Position numbers and translations under genes: made by a program. DNA of 64,000 nucleotides from Eledone cirrhosa (lineage: Eukaryota): NCBI GenBank assembly GCA_964016885.1, contig OZ024754.1:26908001-26972000 (forward strand), given 5' to 3'. The number at the start of each line of letters is the position of its first letter. Positions within the stretch are counted from its first letter, which is position 1. Of the stretch, positions 59,764-64,000 are shown piece after piece. The notes beneath the pieces were generated by a model. It worked only from the letters and a program-made list of their open reading frames with translations, was not told the origin of the DNA and searched no databases.

Positions 59764-59953
59764 CGTGGTTGGTGGATGTAACTATTGTGGCAGTTGAACA
59801 CGGGGCACGTTTGTATGTGGCAGATGCCATCATTGGTTTTCGTACGTTCTTCTCAGGATGGAAAAGAATAATGTACATTTTTGGGACGAAAAGGCAGAGA
59901 AGAGCTACTGAAGCACTCAAGCTTATTGAAATGCAGAGTGTGGTAATCTGAAT
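59764..59953 (-). CDS. mGluR: Metabotropic glutamate receptor (class C GPCR, group II / Drosophila mGluRA-like), TM7 and proximal C-tail exon
   Basis: Translates [49 protein letters not shown], the mGluR TM7 signature ([19 protein letters not shown]). Acceptor ttctcag|ATT, donor CACG|gtatgt, TACTAAC branch point upstream. 190 nt, ends in phase 1. Confidence 0.93.
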
Positions 59954-59981
59954 CTGAGAAACGATAGAGGAAAATATAACT

Positions 59982-60006
59982 GTTAGTACGAATATAACTG
60001 TTAGTA
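59982..60006 (-). promoter_or_regulatory. Duplicated TACTAAC branch-point motif upstream of the mGluR TM7 exon
   Basis: gttagta at 59982-59988 and 60000-60006, within an 18-bp tandem duplication. Confidence 0.6.
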
Positions 60007-60112
60007 CATACAAAGAAAACAACAAAAATAATGTTATTATTTTACATTTTAAAAGTTTTATTTATAAGTTACACATAAAAAAAAATCAACAAATCTATTT
60101 AAAATAACAACA

Positions 60113-60271
60113 CTACAGATATTTAAAAACGGAAATGTTTTTGCGGTCTTGTCCACCGGGCGCAGCCCCAACGCCGCCGCGCCCTAGTCATAGAGCCTCT
60201 AGCTTCCTCCCTCCCATTCTTCTGTGACCTCAGAGCCCTTCGCTTCCTTTTCTGTTTTTAAATATCTATAG
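60113..60271. mobile_element. MITE-like element with GC-rich core
   Basis: Terminal inverted repeats ctacagatatttaaaaacggaaa / tttctgtttttaaatatctatag. Confidence 0.5.
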
Positions 60272-60319
60272 CGATATTCTTAGTTTGTTTTTCACTAATT
60301 AGTTTAAGGCATGAGAGAA

Positions 60320-60650
60320 AAGGGATTGGAGTATCGTTAGGAGCGTCAGACGCCCACTTACGTTCTGAGTTCAAATCCAGCCGAGGTTAGCTTTGCCTTT
60401 CATCCTTACGGGGTCAATAAAATAAAGCACCAGTAAGGCACTGAGGTCGATTTAATCGAATTTCCCCTCCTTCAAAATTGCCGGCCCTGCGTCTATAGTA
60501 GAAATTTTAATTTTGTTTTTCACTTTGTGCTTCAAATTAACGGATGCCAAAAAGGGGGGAGGGAGGGAATTCTGAACGTAAAGAACCTGTACAAATATCG
60601 CAAACTATTTTGTCTGACGCTCTAACCGTTCTGTAAATTTACCACCGCCA
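60320..60650. mobile_element. Degenerate SINE copies (plus 60320-60505, minus about 60545-60650)
   Basis: Match to family core and head. Confidence 0.7.
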
Positions 60651-61080
60651 TCTTTGTTATTATACAATGTGGAAATGCTAAGAATATTGATGTTATTTTA
60701 ACTGAAAATATATTTCCATATACCCAACACACACGTACACGCACGTGCATATATATATATATATGGATGTATATATAATGTATTTTGCAATACACTTTAT
60801 GCTTAATTAAAAGCATTTTGAAGACCGTAAGCTATTGTTTTAAAGTAGTGACAAATTCACTCACTTTGATCTCAGCAAACAGGGGAGTTAAGCCGACAAG
60901 ACTTGTTTCGCTTTGGTTGAAGCTTATCAAGGCCAACTACCCCACCTGTTTGCTGAGATCATTGATGTTATATTCTTATAGAAATCTAGTAAATAATCAG
61001 GAGCTGATTATGCAGAGCGGTTGTTGGTCAGGCAGAAATTAAAAATTAGAATTGGAGCTCAGCAAACAGGTGGGGTAGTT

Positions 61081-61124
61081 GGCCTTGATAAGCTTCAACC
61101 AAAGCGAAACAAGTCTTGTCGGCT
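61081..61124 (+). ncRNA. Type I hammerhead, U3-A8 variant (mirror copy on minus at 60891-60934)
   Basis: GGCC TTGATAA GCTT-CAACCA-AAGC GAAA CAAG-T-CTTG TC|GGCT. Confidence 0.72.
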
Positions 61125-61284
61125 TATCTCCCCTGTTTGCTGAGATCAAAGTGAGTGAATTTGTCACTACTTTAAAACAATAGCTTACGGTCTTCAAAAT
61201 GCTTTTAATTAAGCATAAAGTGTATTGCAAAATACATTATATATACATCCATATATATATTGCTATTTCAGAGCTCCAATTCTA

Positions 61285-61337
<53 letters not shown>

Positions 61338-61345
<8 letters not shown>

Positions 61346-62128
61346 GCTCATGAAATCGACCCAGCTTATGCTGACCGGACAACCATGTTGCTTGCTTTTA
61401 TCCTTCTATGTTGTTTACTTGTCCCCCTCGCTTTACGCGATTTACTGGTCACAATAACTTTTTTTAGTTATTGCTCGCACCAACCTGAGGTATCTGATTT
61501 TTAATGCGATGAAATACCAATGATGGTTGGAAAATAACTGACGAAGGACTATTTTTATCATATGTAACCCATGTGCAACCACGCAGTATTCTTCTTTCTT
61601 CTCTTGTTTTTTATATATATTTACCTCGGCTGCGTTTGTCTGTTACTCTCTTACTGCTTCCCCGTTCTCTCTGTTTCTCTCACCTTCTTTCGCCCCCTCT
61701 GTCAGTTACACTTTCCCTCGACTGACCGCTTCCTCGCACTTCCACTCACCCACTCTCTGTTTCTCCCCTTCTCACTTCCTCCCGTTTGGCTTACAGTGGG
61801 TCTCTTCTTGCTTACATCTCACTCACGTCGCACGGTCTGTACCTTTCTCTCATGAAATCCACCCAGCTTATGCTGACCGGACAACCATGTTGCTGGTTTT
61901 TTTCCCATCTTTGGTTTGCTTTTATCCTTCTATGTTGTTTACTTTTCCCCCTCGCTTTACGCGATTTACTGGTCCCAATAACCTTTTTTAGTTATTGCTC
62001 GCACCAACCTGAGGCATATGATTTTTAATGCGATGAAATACCAATGATGGTTGGAAAATCACTGACGAAGGACTATTTTTATCATATGTAACCCATGTGC
62101 AGCCACGCAGTATTCTTCTTTCTTCTCT

Positions 62129-62135
<7 letters not shown>
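61338..62135 (+). repeat. Direct repeats of about 280 bp (61338-61612, 61840-62135) around a pyrimidine-rich spacer, flanked by (TA)n
   Basis: Visible duplication with a period of about 500 nt. Confidence 0.85.
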
Positions 62136-62160
<25 letters not shown>

Positions 62161-62290
62161 GGAAAGTTATATTTAAATCGTTGGGTTACAACTAGTAAAT
62201 ATTTATAACTGATATAAAAGCACTCAACAAGTATTTGGAGTATATTTACGATATTAAATAAATGGAAACTATATTTATAAAACCATATTT

Positions 62291-62354
62291 ATTTCATTAT
62301 ATATATTTCAGGGATATCATATTAACAATATGTTATGCCTTCCTCAGACAAAAT
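62291..62354 (-). ncRNA. Type I hammerhead in inverted Penelope terminal repeat
   Basis: ATTTTGT CTGAGGA AGGCATAACATATT..AATATGATATCCCT GAAA TATATA TA|ATGAAAT. Confidence 0.72.
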
Positions 62355-62449
62355 ACAATATAGACAGTTTTATAGATAAATAGATTTGACATACCGTTCA
62401 ACATCGACTTGTATTTGAAAAAGTTGATTTGGCAGTGAAAAATTGTAAA

Positions 62450-63408
62450 CAGAAAGCTTTAACTCTAACCACCCCAGATCTGTCAAAAACACTATAGTAA
62501 ACTCTGTTCAAAAACGTGTCTCTAGAATCTCGTCTAATAGAAAGATTTTCGACGAAAAAGCCCAATACTACAATGAAGCGTTAGCTAGAGCAGGATATAG
62601 TGATAAGATTATGTACATAGATAATGATAGACAAACTAAACAAAATAACAACTATTTTAATTACGGCCACAACCTTAACAACTATAATAGAAAGCATTAC
62701 AATAATTCCAAAAGCCAAAAAAGAAATAGAACTAGGAACATAATATGGTTTGCCCCCCCCCCTTTCTCACTAAACATTAAAACCCACATCGCTAAACTAT
62801 TTTTTAAAGCTCTTGATAATCGCTTCCCTAGAACACATAGGTATCACTCAATTTTCAATAGACATACTATAAAATTAACCTACTCATCCACCAAAAATTT
62901 AGCACAAAATATTAATAGAATAAATAATAGGAACTTAAAACCTAGCGATAATAGCATAAATAATATACAAGTTAACAAATGTAACTGTAGAGATAGATCT
63001 AAATGTCCGTTAAATAACAACTGCTTAGTTAAAAATATAATATACAACTGTAATGTTAAAACGGACTCTAATTCTTTTAACTACGTCGGTTCCACATCGA
63101 CGGAATTTAAACTTCGCTATAATAACCACAAGAATTCTTTCACAGATCCAAGCAAAAAATCTTCAACAGCACTATCAGGCGTACTCTGGCAACTTAGGCA
63201 AGATAACGTTAGATATTCGACGGCTTGGAATATAGTCTCAAGAGGGATTCCTTTTAATTCATCCTCTGAGACATGTGACCTCTGCGCGGAGGAGATATTC
63301 TTTATACTAAAATCTAAAAATCCCCTTAATCTACGGACAAATTTATTCAGTTGCTGCAAACATAGATTGAACTCAACTTTTAAATATAAATTTAAATTTA
63401 AAATGTAG
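62450..63408 (+). mobile_element. Penelope-like element (Neptune-type): RT thumb, Zn motif and GIY-YIG; inverted terminal repeat upstream at about 62160-62400
   Basis: SNHPRSVK..RVSRISS; IIWFAPP..IFNRHTIKLTYSS; CNCRDRSKCPLNNNC; IIY..YVGSTSTEFKLRYNNH; CDLCAEE..CKH. Confidence 0.93.
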
Positions 63409-64000
63409 TATATTTAGTTTGATTTATAATTATTTGGGAAACTAGCCGATAAATCTTTCGATTTCTTCTTTTTATTCTTCTTTTTATTTTTTTTATTTTA
63501 TTTTTATTTAAACATTCTTCATGAAAAATTAAACTACCCTAAAAGTTGATGCTCCAAATATATCGAATAAACGTTACACTAGATAAACTTCTATATTAAA
63601 TATAAGAACATATGTAGACCAAATGGGCATCCTAAACTTTTTGAAATGATTTCTGCTAGACGCGATTTGGTAAATAATTTTTGCTTTATCTGTTTTCGAC
63701 TCTGATGCTTATAATGAACTTGGCAATATATTGTCAATTAATTTTGAAGGGTTGATCTTTGTGGTCGATTTGCGTGGCATATTATGTTTCTATTATGTTT
63801 TTATTTTTATTATTTTAATATTTTTTAATATTTTTAATATTTTTATTTTTAATATGTAATATTTTTTAGTTTTATATTTTATTTATTTGTTTATTATTAT
63901 TATTATTATTATTATTATTTTCTGTTTTTGTTTCTGATATTTTTTTTTATTAATATATTGAAATCTGTTCTCTATTTCTGCTTGATAGATAATCATGTAG

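Overview
AT-rich, microsatellite-saturated animal genomic DNA, inferred to be octopod cephalopod from its tRNA-derived SINE families. One host gene is supported: the 3' end of a metabotropic glutamate receptor on the minus strand, with a TM7 exon (59764-59953) spliced over an 8.6 kb intron to a terminal coding exon (51070-51176, ending ...SNIESL*). The rest is mobile DNA: a decayed Gypsy gag-pol, maT (DD37D) and mariner transposons, a hAT-like element carrying a PHD-finger fragment, RTE and L1/Tx1 LINE fragments, three Penelope-like GIY-YIG fragments, about 20 SINE copies and a 2.3 kb 25-bp satellite. The most striking signal is about 20 type I hammerhead ribozyme motifs from many unrelated families. 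They sit in short Penelope-type terminal modules that abut (TA)n and often form fold-back palindromes. They include a 483-nt retrozyme-like unit starting exactly at its predicted cleavage site, a U3-A8 covariant core, a core-less hammerhead-like junction family, and a shared ACTC..GAGTGCT hairpin about 50-60 nt downstream of the cleavage site. Most listed ORFs are microsatellite artefacts. All structure calls were made by eye.
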